From Desulfatiglandales bacterium (GTDB lineage Bacteria; Desulfobacterota; DSM-4660; Desulfatiglandales; Desulfatiglandaceae): DNA of 64,000 bases. Below the pieces are notes generated by a model that saw only the letters and a program-made list of their open reading frames with translations, made no database searches and was not told the DNA's origin. Position numbers and translations under genes: made by a program. The stretch covers positions 8,032,001 to 8,096,000 of the forward strand of contig OY759599.1 of assembly GCA_963662465.1 (NCBI GenBank). The letters run 5' to 3'. Shown in pieces: positions 20,709 through 31,569 of the stretch (positions are counted from its first letter, which is position 1; each line of letters starts with the position of its first letter).

Positions 20709-23700
20709 ATGCGGAGTACTGACATGCCTGAAAAACCGACATATGAAGAGCTTGAGAAAAGAATCCGGGACCTCGAAAACAGAATAACTGTCTGCTCTAA
20801 AGAAAACCGGTTTATGGAAAATCACGATGCTCTGGTGGGTATATCGCTGCATACCGAGTCTGAAATAACAAATCTGGATTTGGCCGCCATTATTGATGTG
20901 AAGGCGATCCAGTCTTTGATGAATCATTTTTACAAACTCACAAACATCGGTGTGGCCATCCTTGATCTGAATGGAGAAATTCTTATCGCCACGGGATGGC
21001 AGGATATCTGCACCAAGTTTCATCGTGTCCACCCCGAAAGTCGAAAAAATTGTTTGGAAAGCGACCTTGAACTTTCAAACGGCATTAAACCCGGTGAATT
21101 CAGGCTTTATCGATGCAAGAATCATATGTGGGATATGTCGACGCCGATTATGGTGGGTGGCCGGAAAGCAGGGAACCTGTATCTGGGTCAGTTTCTTTTT
21201 GAAGACGAATCAGCGGATGTCGAGACGTTTCGCTGCCAGGCCCGAAAATATGGATTCGATGAAAATGCCTACATTTCGGCGCTTGAACGGGTACCACGCT
21301 GGAGCCGCCGGACAGTAAACACGGTTATGCATTTCTACACCCAACTGGCCGATCTATTTTCACAGCTGGGCTTTAAGAATTTCATGCTTGCTGAAAGTGT
21401 AGCGGAAAAAAATCACCTTCTTGATTCATTAAGTGAAAGCGAGGAAAAATATCGCGAACTCATAGAAAACCTTAATGATGTGATCTACGCAGTGGACAAT
21501 GACGGTACAATCACTTACGTCAGCCCATCTGTAGAGTCTATCTTCGGCTATACTGACGATGAGATTGTCGGGCGCCGATTTTCAGAGTTTATTTACATTG
21601 AAGACCGGGAAATGGTTTCCACCGCCTTCATGCGTGTGCTTCAGGGAAACCTTTCACCGATGGAATATAGAATTCAGACAAAAAACGACGAGATTCGATG
21701 GGTAAGAACCTCAAGTCTTCCGATTGACAAGAAAGGACGAGTTACCGGGCTGCAGGGGGTACTCACAGACATTACCGACCATAAAACCGCGGACACTGCA
21801 CTCCAAAAAAGTGAGGAGACGTTGCGCGCCATGCTCAACGCGTCCCCGTTGGCTATCCTTTTAATCGATAGAAACGGCCGGGTACTTGAATCGAACGAAG
21901 AACACGCCGGGCGTCTACAGATGACGCGCGCACAAATTACAGGGAAATGTATATGGGATTTGCTGCCGGAAAGTGTCCGGGTTCATAGAAAGATGCAGGT
22001 TGAAACGGTTTTTGAGACTGGTGAACCCTTTTCCGGTGAGGACAAAAGGGGAAATGTCTGGAATGCGTACCATATCCATCCAGCCATCAAAAATAACCGG
22101 AACGAAATAGAAGCAGTCATTGTCGAAGCGCTCGACATTTCCGAGCGCAAGCGGTCTGAAGAGGCCCTCAAGGAATCAAAGATGTTTCTGGATAACATGT
22201 CGGATATTGCCTATATTGCCGATGCCCAGGGGAATGTCACATGGGTTAATTCCGCTTTTGCACGGATAACAGGTATTCCACCTGAAGAAATCATTGGGAA
22301 ACCATTTTTACCTTTGTTTATGAAGGATGACCACGCTTCCCTCATAGATGTATACAATAGAACATTACTGGGGGAATCGCTGGAGAATACGCTAACCTTC
22401 ACATCGGGGGTTACCTGCCATTTCACCAGCTTGCCCAAGCGTAATGTTAAGGGCGAAATCATCGGTACTTTTGGCGTTGCCAGAGATATTACGGATCGTC
22501 TCAATGCGGAAAAGGCGCTTCAAATCAGCGAGGACCGTCTGAAGAAAGCTCAGGAGGCAGCCGGAATAGGCAATTGGGAATATGACGTATCAACAGGACG
22601 GGTATGGGGTTCGGAGGAGGCTTTTCGGATATATGGAATAGAGCGAACGAGTGAATACCTCCCTCTTGATGAAGTGGAGAATCAGATCATTGAGGCCAAG
22701 AGAGTCAACCAAGCCTTGGTTGACCTGATAACCAAGGAGGAAGATTATGATATTGAGTTTCAGATTACACAAAAAGACAGTCAAAGATTAGTCACCATTC
22801 ATTCGATAGCCGATCTAATTAAGGATGATGAAGGCAATCCGGTCAAGGTATTAGGGGTCATCCAGGACATCACGGACAAGAAAGATAAAGAGGAAGAAAA
22901 CATCAAACTCCTTGGTCAGTTGAAGCAAGCGCAAAAAATGGAGGCCATTGGCAATCTTGCCGGCGGCATTGCCCACGATTTCAACAACATCTTGTTTCCC
23001 ATCATCGGTTTGTCCGAATTGTTGCTGGAGGACCTTCCTCCCGGAAGCCTGGAATATGAAAACACGCAACAGATCCTGAAAGCGGGTGAAAGGGGCAGCG
23101 ATTTGGTCAAGCAGATTCTCGCTTTCAGTCGCCAATCCGAACAAAAGAAGATGCCGATTCGCATTCAGCAGATTCTGAAAGAGGTGATGCAACTAACCCG
23201 CTCAACGATCCCCGCGAATATCTCCATCACACAATATATTCAAAATAATTGCGGCTTGGTAATGGCGGAATCAACGCATATACACCAGATCGCCATGAAT
23301 TTGATCACCAACGCCTACCATGCCGTTGAACCAAAAAGTGGGGAAATAGCTGTTCGGTTGAAGGAAGTAGGACATGACGAACTGCCTGACGGCGATCTTT
23401 TACCCGGGAGATATGCGCTGCTGATTGTTTCCGACACAGGTGGCGGAATTGATCCTGCCATTATGGATAAAATCTTTGAGCCTTATTTCACAACCAAGGA
23501 GCAGGGTAAGGGTACGGGCCTCGGTCTTGCTGTCGTCTATGGAATCGTAAAAGATCACCTTGGTGATATAAAAGTCTACAGCGAATTGGGAAAAGGCACG
23601 ACTTTCAAAGTATACCTGCCAATTATGGCTAAAGCTGAAAAATCAGAATCGATTGACGAGAAAAAAGACTATCCACCGAGCAACGAGCGTATTCTGTTGG

Positions 23701-24068
23701 TGGACGACGAAGCGCCTATCGCCAATCTGGAAAAGCAGATGCTTGAACGTCGCGGCTATCGTGTAGCAGAGTACGTAAGCAGCTCTGATGCGCTGAAAGC
23801 ATTTAAAGCGAATCCATCCGCTTTTGATTTGGTGATTTTGGATATGGCCATGCCGAATATGACCGGTGACCAAGTTGCCCGGAAACTACTTAAGATCAGG
23901 CCGGACATCCCTATCATCATCTGCACCGGATTCAGCGAACAACTTAATCGGGAGAATGCTACCGCCATTGGTGTGAAAGGTTTTCTGATGAAACCAATCA
24001 CCAAGTCAGAAATGGCAAAGGTTGTGAGAAAAATTCTGGATGAGCACAAGAACAAGACTCAAGAATAA
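20709..24068 (+). CDS. Hybrid histidine kinase with N-terminal PocR sensor and four PAS domains
   Basis: GWQDICTKFHR...CLESD...YRCKNHMWD...GNLYLGQF (PocR); GGIAHDFNNIL; REC. Confidence 0.95.
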   Translation: MRSTDMPEKPTYEELEKRIRDLENRITVCSKENRFMENHDALVGISLHTESEITNLDLAAIIDVKAIQSLMNHFYKLTNIGVAILDLNGEILIATGWQDICTKFHRVHPESRKNCLESDLELSNGIKPGEFRLYRCKNHMWDMSTPIMVGGRKAGNLYLGQFLFEDESADVETFRCQARKYGFDENAYISALERVPRWSRRTVNTVMHFYTQLADLFSQLGFKNFMLAESVAEKNHLLDSLSESEEKYRELIENLNDVIYAVDNDGTITYVSPSVESIFGYTDDEIVGRRFSEFIYIEDREMVSTAFMRVLQGNLSPMEYRIQTKNDEIRWVRTSSLPIDKKGRVTGLQGVLTDITDHKTADTALQKSEETLRAMLNASPLAILLIDRNGRVLESNEEHAGRLQMTRAQITGKCIWDLLPESVRVHRKMQVETVFETGEPFSGEDKRGNVWNAYHIHPAIKNNRNEIEAVIVEALDISERKRSEEALKESKMFLDNMSDIAYIADAQGNVTWVNSAFARITGIPPEEIIGKPFLPLFMKDDHASLIDVYNRTLLGESLENTLTFTSGVTCHFTSLPKRNVKGEIIGTFGVARDITDRLNAEKALQISEDRLKKAQEAAGIGNWEYDVSTGRVWGSEEAFRIYGIERTSEYLPLDEVENQIIEAKRVNQALVDLITKEEDYDIEFQITQKDSQRLVTIHSIADLIKDDEGNPVKVLGVIQDITDKKDKEEENIKLLGQLKQAQKMEAIGNLAGGIAHDFNNILFPIIGLSELLLEDLPPGSLEYENTQQILKAGERGSDLVKQILAFSRQSEQKKMPIRIQQILKEVMQLTRSTIPANISITQYIQNNCGLVMAESTHIHQIAMNLITNAYHAVEPKSGEIAVRLKEVGHDELPDGDLLPGRYALLIVSDTGGGIDPAIMDKIFEPYFTTKEQGKGTGLGLAVVYGIVKDHLGDIKVYSELGKGTTFKVYLPIMAKAEKSESIDEKKDYPPSNERILLVDDEAPIANLEKQMLERRGYRVAEYVSSSDALKAFKANPSAFDLVILDMAMPNMTGDQVARKLLKIRPDIPIIICTGFSEQLNRENATAIGVKGFLMKPITKSEMAKVVRKILDEHKNKTQE

Positions 24069-24150
24069 TGATCGGAAAGTTAAATCCTATGAACTCAAAA
24101 TGGTTGAAAATGCTATCCCAAATAAACAGTGAATTTCAAGAGAAGGTGAG

Positions 24151-24570
24151 GTGAAAATGGACCTCGATGCTTCAAACCGGAAAAAAGAGATATTGATCTA
24201 TTGTGGGATCACCATGATACTCCCGATGCAGGAAATTGCCCGTATCATAGAAAAAGAGCAGGACTGTGTGATCAAGATCACAAAGGGTGGGTCCGGCAAT
24301 CTGTTGAGCGGCATAAAAGCCAATCAGATGGGAGATCTCTATCTGCCGGGCTCTGATTCTTACATGGAGACCGCCATTACCGATGGGTTGGTTGTGGAAA
24401 CCGTCCTTGTGGGATACAATCAGGCCGCCCTGATCGTACCTAAAGGCAATCCCAAGAAGATCACCCCTGATCCGGCCAACCTCGCCAATGAACAGTATGC
24501 GGCGGTGATTGCCAATCCGAAAAGTGGCAGTATCGGCCGACAAACCAAAAAAATTCTTGAAAAAAGAGGG
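24151..24570 (+). pseudogene. Truncated ModA-like substrate-binding protein
   Basis: LIYCGITM..PM..IA, GGSGNL, GDLYLPGS, VPKGNPK, GSIGR; similarity stops at ILEKRG. Confidence 0.7.
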
Positions 24571-25618
24571 GTGGGGTTTCAGGGACGTTCATCCTGGATC
24601 ACGTCTTTGACGGTCTTGTTGAACGGCTCGAACAACAGGCAGCCAACCAACGGGCGCGCATGGCCATAGGCCAGGTCATTGTCAGCGACCTGAAAGATCT
24701 GCAAGGTGAATTTCTGCTACTGGCAACCACCGCGAGCCGCAAAGCCCAGGAAACAGCAGCCAATCGACTGAAAGCCAAAATCGGACATATCGAGGAGACC
24801 CTTGCCATTTTGGAAAAGGGGGGCACTCTGGAGCAGCGCATACTGCTGAATCTGGGTGAGCGGGATGAAATGCTCCGTAAGTTTCACTATCACCCTTCCG
24901 ACAATCAGCAAATCATTCTGGAAGTTGTCAATCTCGGACCTAAATTGATTGACCTGCAACAGATGACGGAGCAACTCTCCCGGATGGTCGCCGGGCGGTA
25001 TGAGGCACGACTTACAGTTTTGACGAGGCCCTCGGACAGAATCCCCGCATCATGAAAAGCGACCGCATGTCTCCGGATATTTATAAGAAGCTGTGGGATA
25101 CCGTCAAAGGGGGCGAAGAATGGCGCGGCGAACTCCTCAACAGAAAGAAAAACGGCGATCTGTTCTGGGAGGAAGCCCATATTTCGCCCATTTTCGATAA
25201 GGATGGCAACACCACCCATTTCCTGGCTATCAAACAGGATATTACGGAACGAAAAGAGACGCAGCGCGCCCTGGAAGCCGCCAAAGAGGCGGCCTAGGCC
25301 GCCAATGTCTCTAAGAGTGAATTCCTGGCCAGCATGAGCCATGAGATCAGAACGCCCATGAATGCCATCATTGGAATGACCAGCCTGTTGCTGGATACCC
25401 GGCTCAAGGCTGAACAGACCGACTATATGGAAACCATTCGCAGCAGCGGAGAAGCCCTGTTGACGATTATCAACGACATCCTGGACTTTTCCAAAATCGA
25501 GGCCGGGAAACTGGAGCTGGAAAACAGCGCCTTCGATTTACGCGCGTGTATTGACGATATTCAAAAAGCCTTGCTGCGAGCCGGAGCATCGGAATTGGGG
25601 GTCTTAGACGGGCGGTGA
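24571..25618 (+). pseudogene. Fragmented hybrid histidine kinase (sensor piece, PAS, HisKA, REC tail)
   Basis: [44 protein letters not shown] with in-frame stop at 25295; the HATPase is skipped and the sequence jumps to the REC tail. Confidence 0.8.
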
Positions 25619-25639
25619 CAGGAATTTGATATCATCACT

Positions 25640-26089
25640 AATCGCCGCCAGGCGTAGGCGAAGAGGAAAAAACTGGAGGCACTGAACCGGCAGCTTCAGA
25701 ATGCTGAAAGCCTGGGCCGCATGGCCGGGGCCATTGCCCACCACTTCAACAACCAGCTCCAGGCCGTAATGGGGTCTAATGGTACTCATGGATATGGAAC
25801 CTGAGAATCCCATTTATGAAGATCTTGAAGAGATTCAGGATGCGGCCAATGCCATCGCCCACCACGGCATTCTAGAGGGTCCAGAAAGTGATGAAAGAGG
25901 TCCTCAAATTGATCGGTAAGGGAACAACCTTTGAAGTGTATCTACCCCTGATGCCGGCACCGGTGTACGGGCCACAGCGAACAGATCACGGAGAACGACG
26001 CCTTTGCTTTAGGCATCAGGGGTTTTCTCCTGAAACCTATCCAAAGGAGGACTTTAGCGGAAAAAATCCGTGACGTATTAGACCAATAG
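25640..26089 (+). pseudogene. Collage of short histidine-kinase fragments
   Basis: Tiles AESLGRMAGAIAHHFNNQLQAVMG / MEPENPIYEDLEEIQDAA / VQKVMKEVLKL / GKGTTFEVYLP / CTGHSEQI...GIRGFLLKPI...IRDVLDQ. Confidence 0.75.
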
Positions 26090-26409
26090 CCGGACGACCC
26101 CTATCTTCCAAATGGTGTTACCGGGCGATAATAACCGTGCGCTTTGTGGGCTTACGGAGATAGGATCGTTAATTTGACAATGGGCTGGTTTGCAATTAAA
26201 CTCTATCAGGCTGAAGTTCCGAAAAGAAATATTCAACAGCAAGACGCGAAGTGCGATATATGGGACCCATAAAATTACAAAAATGTATCGTGCAAAAAGG
26301 CGTAGCGTTGGAAGGGACAAAGGATAGGGGTCGGAGGAAGGAAGCGTAGATTTCGCGGTAGGCGATTATCAGGTTCCTGTTGCCGGCCTGGCTTTGGAGA
26401 GGTAAAATA

Positions 26410-27249
26410 ATGCATGATCAGAATTTCAAAAACCTGATTCTGGACTATCCGGTCCAGGCACTGGAGTTTTTTGCCGGGGAATCGGATGGCCGGAGAGAAG
26501 CTATTTTGTTTGTGGTCGAAGAAGAGACCAAAACCAGCGAGTTTTCAATATACCGGTTAGCCCGCTATTGTTTGGATCTGGCGGAATTGATGGGAACGGA
26601 CCGTGTGATTCCGGTTGTGATCTTTTTGAGAACGGGAGACCATCGGACCTATCTGCGATTGGGCAGTAATTCATGCGCCTATTTGGAATTTCGATATTTG
26701 ATGTGCAAACTCAAAGTCTTGTCATCTGCCGAATATTATGACAGCGACAACATTGTTGCACGGTTGAATTTACCCAATATGGCTTATCCGCCGGAGGATC
26801 GTCTTGAGATGTATCTGGCGGCGCAAACCGGCTTGGCACGGCTTGAGACGAGTCCGGAAAAGCAGCGAAAATATGCAGACTTCATCGACTTTTATGCCGA
26901 TTTGAGCGAAGAGGAAGTCACGCTCTATCGCGATCGCTATCTAAGCGAGAAAGGAGACATTATGGGACTGGCAAGTGTACTAAGAAAAGAGGGACGAGAT
27001 GAAGGCGTTGAGCAGGGAATGCAGGAGGGAATGCAGCAGGGTGCTATGAAACTTCTGTCTCGTCAAATTGCGAGGCGTTTTCAGGTCAGCTCTGATTCTG
27101 TTCATCCGATTTTTGCCGGCTTGACAACAGAGCAGCTTGAAGAATTGGGAGAGAGGTTTCTTGAGGCTGAGAGTTTGGAAGAAATTCGGGATTGGGCGGA
27201 GGAGAAACTGTCGGCAAAAGCTCAAAGGGCCGAGGTATCTGTGGAATGA
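26410..27249 (+). CDS. Rpn (recombination-promoting nuclease)/DUF4351 family protein, probably with an internal deletion
   Basis: HDQNFKNLILDYP N-terminus, LARYCLDL, VIPVVIFL, EG..QG repeats, DUF4351-like LEELGERFLEAESLEEIRDW; GGAGAGG SD. Confidence 0.85.
   Translation: MHDQNFKNLILDYPVQALEFFAGESDGRREAILFVVEEETKTSEFSIYRLARYCLDLAELMGTDRVIPVVIFLRTGDHRTYLRLGSNSCAYLEFRYLMCKLKVLSSAEYYDSDNIVARLNLPNMAYPPEDRLEMYLAAQTGLARLETSPEKQRKYADFIDFYADLSEEEVTLYRDRYLSEKGDIMGLASVLRKEGRDEGVEQGMQEGMQQGAMKLLSRQIARRFQVSSDSVHPIFAGLTTEQLEELGERFLEAESLEEIRDWAEEKLSAKAQRAEVSVE
26962..27249 (+). CDS. Putative intragenic small protein (RpnS-like antitoxin)
   Basis: In-frame ATG preceded by AAAGGAG, just before the EG/QG repeats. 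Confidence 0.65.
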   Translation: MGLASVLRKEGRDEGVEQGMQEGMQQGAMKLLSRQIARRFQVSSDSVHPIFAGLTTEQLEELGERFLEAESLEEIRDWAEEKLSAKAQRAEVSVE

Positions 27250-27499
27250 CCATAAAATTCTAGCCAAAGATATTTGAAATTTTTAAAAACGAATATCGAA
27301 TATCGAACAGGGAATGTCGAATTATGAAGTTTTCCTTCGACATTCATTATGGCGATTCTATGCCAACGCGGAGATTCTTGGCAAGGTACGTTATCCTTGA
27401 AACAAGCAGTCTTGAATAATATTGCCGGGTGTGCGATGTTGGACTTGTGCAAGTGTCCAAAACTCGTCAGTAATTTTTTATGAACAATCTTCGCGGGTA

Positions 27500-30400
27500 A
27501 TGAACATGACTACAAAACCGACCTATAAAGAATTGGAACAACGGGTTCAGGAACTGGAGCAAGCTGTATCTGAGCGCAAAAAGACGGAAGAATTGCTGTG
27601 GTGGCAGAAACAATTTTTTTCCCTACTGGTGAATTATTCTTCCGACATCCTGGTTTTTATAAACAAAAACGGAGAACAAAAGTTTATTAGCCCTTCGGCG
27701 GAAAGAATCACAGGGTATACGGTCGGAGAGCTTCAAAGGCCCTTTGCCGAGATTATTCATCCTGAAGACCTCCCCCGGGTTGAGCGAGGTTTTGAAAAAC
27801 TGTTGAATAATCCCGAAGCAGTGGTCACAGTTTATTACCGCCATAAGCACAAAGATGGCGGTTATCGCTATTTTGAAACCGTCGGGCGAAATTTCTTGGA
27901 CAATCCCCTGGTTCAGGGGATCGTTGCCAATGTCCGTGACATCACTGAACGCAGGCGTATGGAAGAGGCATTGCGGAAGAGCGAGGAGAAATTCCGTTCC
28001 TTAGCTGAAAACCAGCATGATGTTGTGTGGACTGTCAATGAGAATTTGGAAATTGATTATATATCACCATCATGTTTCAAAATGACAGGTACGACTGCTG
28101 AAGAAACAATGGGGATGAATCCGAAGGAATTTTATACAGAAGAATCTTACCAAAGAGTAATGATGAAATTTGCTGAAGAAAGACAAAAAGCCCCAAACGA
28201 AATACAACCGGTTGTTCTTGAAGTTGACCAATACCATAAAGATGGGCATCTTTTTCCTGTTGAAATAACTTGCACGCCCATAATTATTGATAATAAGTTT
28301 ATTGGCGTACAAGGCATTACAAGAGATATTACGGAAAAGAAAAAGGCGGAGGAAGCACTGCTGAATCAGAAATATCTCCTTCAGAAAGCACAGGAGATCG
28401 GACACATCGGCGCGTGGGAATTGGACATCAAGAAAAATGAGCTATTATGGACAGATGAGAATTACAGAATATTTGGACTTCCCATCGGAACGAAACTCAC
28501 TTATGAAACCTTCCTGAATTGTGTCCACCCTGATGACAGAGAATACGTTGATAAAGAATGGAAAGCAGCATTTGATAAGAAGTTCTATGATATAGAACAT
28601 CGCTTGCTAGTTGATGGAAAGGTGAAGTGGGTCAGAGCAAAGGCCGAGTTTCGTTTCAATGAAAAGGATGAATATATCCGAGGGACAGGGGTGACTCAGG
28701 ACATTACCGTTTCCAGGCAGGCAGAGGAAGCGCTGCGGGAGAGCAAAGAAAAACTTCGGACCGTAATCGAGCACAGCAATGAACTGTTTTATATCCACGA
28801 TACGGAGCATACCTTCATATATGCGACTCAGACTTCAGTCGATCTCCTCGGGTATACTCCGGAAGAGATGATGAGAAAATGGACGGAATTGGCAACCGAC
28901 AATCCCATTAATCAAAAGGGGCTCGAAATTACGGAACAAGGGATTGCCACGGGCAAGAAACAGGCCCCTTATCTATTGGAATTAGCTAAAAAGGATGGCA
29001 CAACCGTATTGGTTGAAATTGATGAATCTCCGGTCAAAGATGCGACCGGAAAAGTTGTGGCGATTTCCGGCGCCGCGAGGGATGTCACCGAGCAAAAACG
29101 GACGGAACAGCGATTGTTGAAATCAGAAAAGGGTTTTCGCGACCTTTTTGATTCCATTACAGACCTCATTTACACCCAGGACCTCGATGGCCGTTTCACT
29201 TCCGTTAACCGCGCTATGTGCAAAGCATTTGGTTATGAAAAGGATGCGTTGATCGGAAGACCTTCATCGGATTTTATGAAGCCGGAAATGAAGCCTTTTT
29301 TTGAAAGTGTATATCTGGAACAGATCAAAACAAAAGGGTCCCATGAGGGTATCACAAGCTATTTCGCTAAAAACGGTAAAAAGATCTACATTGACTACCG
29401 CAGTTCGCTGGTTGAACCTGACGATGGAGAGCCCTATATCAGCGGTACGGGGCGGGATATGACAGAGTGGGTGTTTTCCCAGCGGGAGATCAAACGCCTT
29501 CAGAATCAGGTACACCAGTCTCAAAAGATGGAAGCCATTGGCCTTATGGCGGGCGGTGTCGCCCATGACCTGAACAACATCCTGTCAGGGATCGTAAGCT
29601 ATCCGGAGTTACTTCTGATGGATTTACCTGAAAACAGCCCGCTCAGGAAACCCATAAAGACAATCCAGGAATCCGGGATGAGGGCTGCCGAGGTGGTGGA
29701 TGATCTGCTGACCATAGCCAGAGGGGCGGCAACGGGAAAAGAAGCCCTGAACCTCAACGTCATTGTCAGTGAATATTTGGAATCTCCTGAATACCGAAAA
29801 CTGGAAAACACTCACCCATTTGTTCATTTCAAGACGGAATTGGACCCGGATCTTTTGAATATGAGCGGTTCTCCCATCCACATCAAGAAAATATTAATGA
29901 ACCTTGTAAATAATGCATCAGAGGCCATTGAGGGCGCCGGCACAGTTACCATCTCAACTATGAATCGCCATCTGGATGAACCCTTAAAGGGGTATGTCGG
30001 TATCCGCACGGGCCGATATGTAATGTTGACGGTATCAGACAACGGTTCCGGAATATCTCCCCAGGATCTTGAGAGGATATTTGAGCCATTCTATACAAAG
30101 AAGGTCATGGGTAGAAGCGGTACAGGTCTGGGTTTGGCAGTTGTTTGGAATACGGTCCAAGACCATAAGGGATACATCAACGTACAGAGCAGCAAGACGG
30201 GAACTGCGTTTGAACTCTACTTTCCGGTGACCCGGAAGGAAGTTTCCGATGAGAAGGAAAAGATCCCTTTGGAAAATTATTTGGGGCATGGAGAAAAAAT
30301 CCTGGTGGTTGACGATGAGGAGAGGCAAAGGGAGATCGCATGCGGGATGCTGACCAGGCTGGGATACAATGCTGAGGCGGTTTCAAGTGGTGAAGAAGCC

Positions 30401-30652
30401 GTTAGATACCTGAAAGAGAAGCAATTTCATTTGATTGTCCTTGACATGGTCATGCCCAAAGGGATGAACGGACGGGAAACCTACGAGGAGATCATCAAGA
30501 TTTGTCCCGGCCAGAAGGCGATCATAGCCAGCGGGTTTTCTGAAACAGAAGAGGTTAAGATGGCCCGGAAGTCAGGTGCAGGCAACTATATAAAGAAGCC
30601 TTATATCCTGGAAAAGATCGGGCTTGCGGTTAAAGAAGAACTGGAGGAATAG
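27500..30652 (+). CDS. Hybrid histidine kinase (5 PAS-HisKA-HATPase-REC)
   Basis: KPTYKELEQRV start, GGVAHDLNNIL, GRSGTGLGL, REC. Confidence 0.95.
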   Translation: MNMTTKPTYKELEQRVQELEQAVSERKKTEELLWWQKQFFSLLVNYSSDILVFINKNGEQKFISPSAERITGYTVGELQRPFAEIIHPEDLPRVERGFEKLLNNPEAVVTVYYRHKHKDGGYRYFETVGRNFLDNPLVQGIVANVRDITERRRMEEALRKSEEKFRSLAENQHDVVWTVNENLEIDYISPSCFKMTGTTAEETMGMNPKEFYTEESYQRVMMKFAEERQKAPNEIQPVVLEVDQYHKDGHLFPVEITCTPIIIDNKFIGVQGITRDITEKKKAEEALLNQKYLLQKAQEIGHIGAWELDIKKNELLWTDENYRIFGLPIGTKLTYETFLNCVHPDDREYVDKEWKAAFDKKFYDIEHRLLVDGKVKWVRAKAEFRFNEKDEYIRGTGVTQDITVSRQAEEALRESKEKLRTVIEHSNELFYIHDTEHTFIYATQTSVDLLGYTPEEMMRKWTELATDNPINQKGLEITEQGIATGKKQAPYLLELAKKDGTTVLVEIDESPVKDATGKVVAISGAARDVTEQKRTEQRLLKSEKGFRDLFDSITDLIYTQDLDGRFTSVNRAMCKAFGYEKDALIGRPSSDFMKPEMKPFFESVYLEQIKTKGSHEGITSYFAKNGKKIYIDYRSSLVEPDDGEPYISGTGRDMTEWVFSQREIKRLQNQVHQSQKMEAIGLMAGGVAHDLNNILSGIVSYPELLLMDLPENSPLRKPIKTIQESGMRAAEVVDDLLTIARGAATGKEALNLNVIVSEYLESPEYRKLENTHPFVHFKTELDPDLLNMSGSPIHIKKILMNLVNNASEAIEGAGTVTISTMNRHLDEPLKGYVGIRTGRYVMLTVSDNGSGISPQDLERIFEPFYTKKVMGRSGTGLGLAVVWNTVQDHKGYINVQSSKTGTAFELYFPVTRKEVSDEKEKIPLENYLGHGEKILVVDDEERQREIACGMLTRLGYNAEAVSSGEEAVRYLKEKQFHLIVLDMVMPKGMNGRETYEEIIKICPGQKAIIASGFSETEEVKMARKSGAGNYIKKPYILEKIGLAVKEELEE

Positions 30653-30908
30653 ACAGTAGATCAAGATGTGACACAATTCCACTACCTGAGTCCTTTTCAT
30701 TATCAAGCCCTTCTTTTCTTGTGGTGCATCATTATTATGGTGTAACATCTCATCTCCAGCAACTGCCCTTTCTGGAAGCATTCAAAAAAAGCGAAGGAGA
30801 GGGATGGCTGGCGGATGCGGATCGTTTTTCAGAGCAGTGGGTTGTCGCCGTCAACGAAATGTTCCAAAAAACTGACGGGGCGGTAGCACCATAGGGGGGA
30901 TTGCAACC

Positions 30909-31568
30909 ATGAACAAGACAGCGGATCAAAATATCATCGAGGAAAGCGTTTACCGGAACTATCTGAGCGCACTTCTTGCCGGACGACGTTCGGAATGCCA
31001 TGACATTGTCCGGAAACTGCTGGCCGCTCACATAGACATCAAAGCGCTGTACGACAAGCTGTTTCAGCGAAGCATGTACAGGGTCGGCGAGTTGTGGGAA
31101 AATAATCGCATCACTGTCGCCAACGAGCATTTGGCCACCGCCATCACGGAGAGTTTGCTGAATCTTGCCTATCCCGCCATTTTCGCCACCGATCGTATTG
31201 GAAAAAAAGCGGTGATTTCATGCAGCGCCAATGAATTTCACCAGGTGGGTGGTAAAATGGTCGCGGATATTCTGGAGCTCAACGGTTGGGACGGGCATTT
31301 CCTGGGCGCCAACACGCCCGCTGAGGATATGGCCCAATATATCCAGGAGGTGAAGCCGGATCTCGTGGGACTTTCCCTCAGCATCTTTTCCAACATGGAA
31401 AATTTGGAGCGCTGTATTGATGTTGTGAAAACCAATTTTCCAAACATGGATCTGCTGATTGGCGGTCAAGCCTTCAAATGGTGCGGAAAGGGTGTCATGA
31501 CACGTTATTCCGGCACCGAATACATCCCCTCACTGGACGCACTTGAAAAGCAGATCAAAGGGGTATGA
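30909..31568 (+). CDS. Stand-alone cobalamin-binding protein (cap + Rossmann domains)
   Basis: GELWENNRITVANEH (W-x9-EH), EFHQVG (E-x-H-x2-G), FLGANTP, VGLSLS. Confidence 0.92.
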   Translation: MNKTADQNIIEESVYRNYLSALLAGRRSECHDIVRKLLAAHIDIKALYDKLFQRSMYRVGELWENNRITVANEHLATAITESLLNLAYPAIFATDRIGKKAVISCSANEFHQVGGKMVADILELNGWDGHFLGANTPAEDMAQYIQEVKPDLVGLSLSIFSNMENLERCIDVVKTNFPNMDLLIGGQAFKWCGKGVMTRYSGTEYIPSLDALEKQIKGV

Positions 31569-31569
31569 C

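Noticed and set aside
25295..25297. In-frame TAG as pyrrolysine readthrough
   Set aside because: It sits where GAG (Glu) is expected, in a gene that also has deletions; simple nonsense mutation is more likely.
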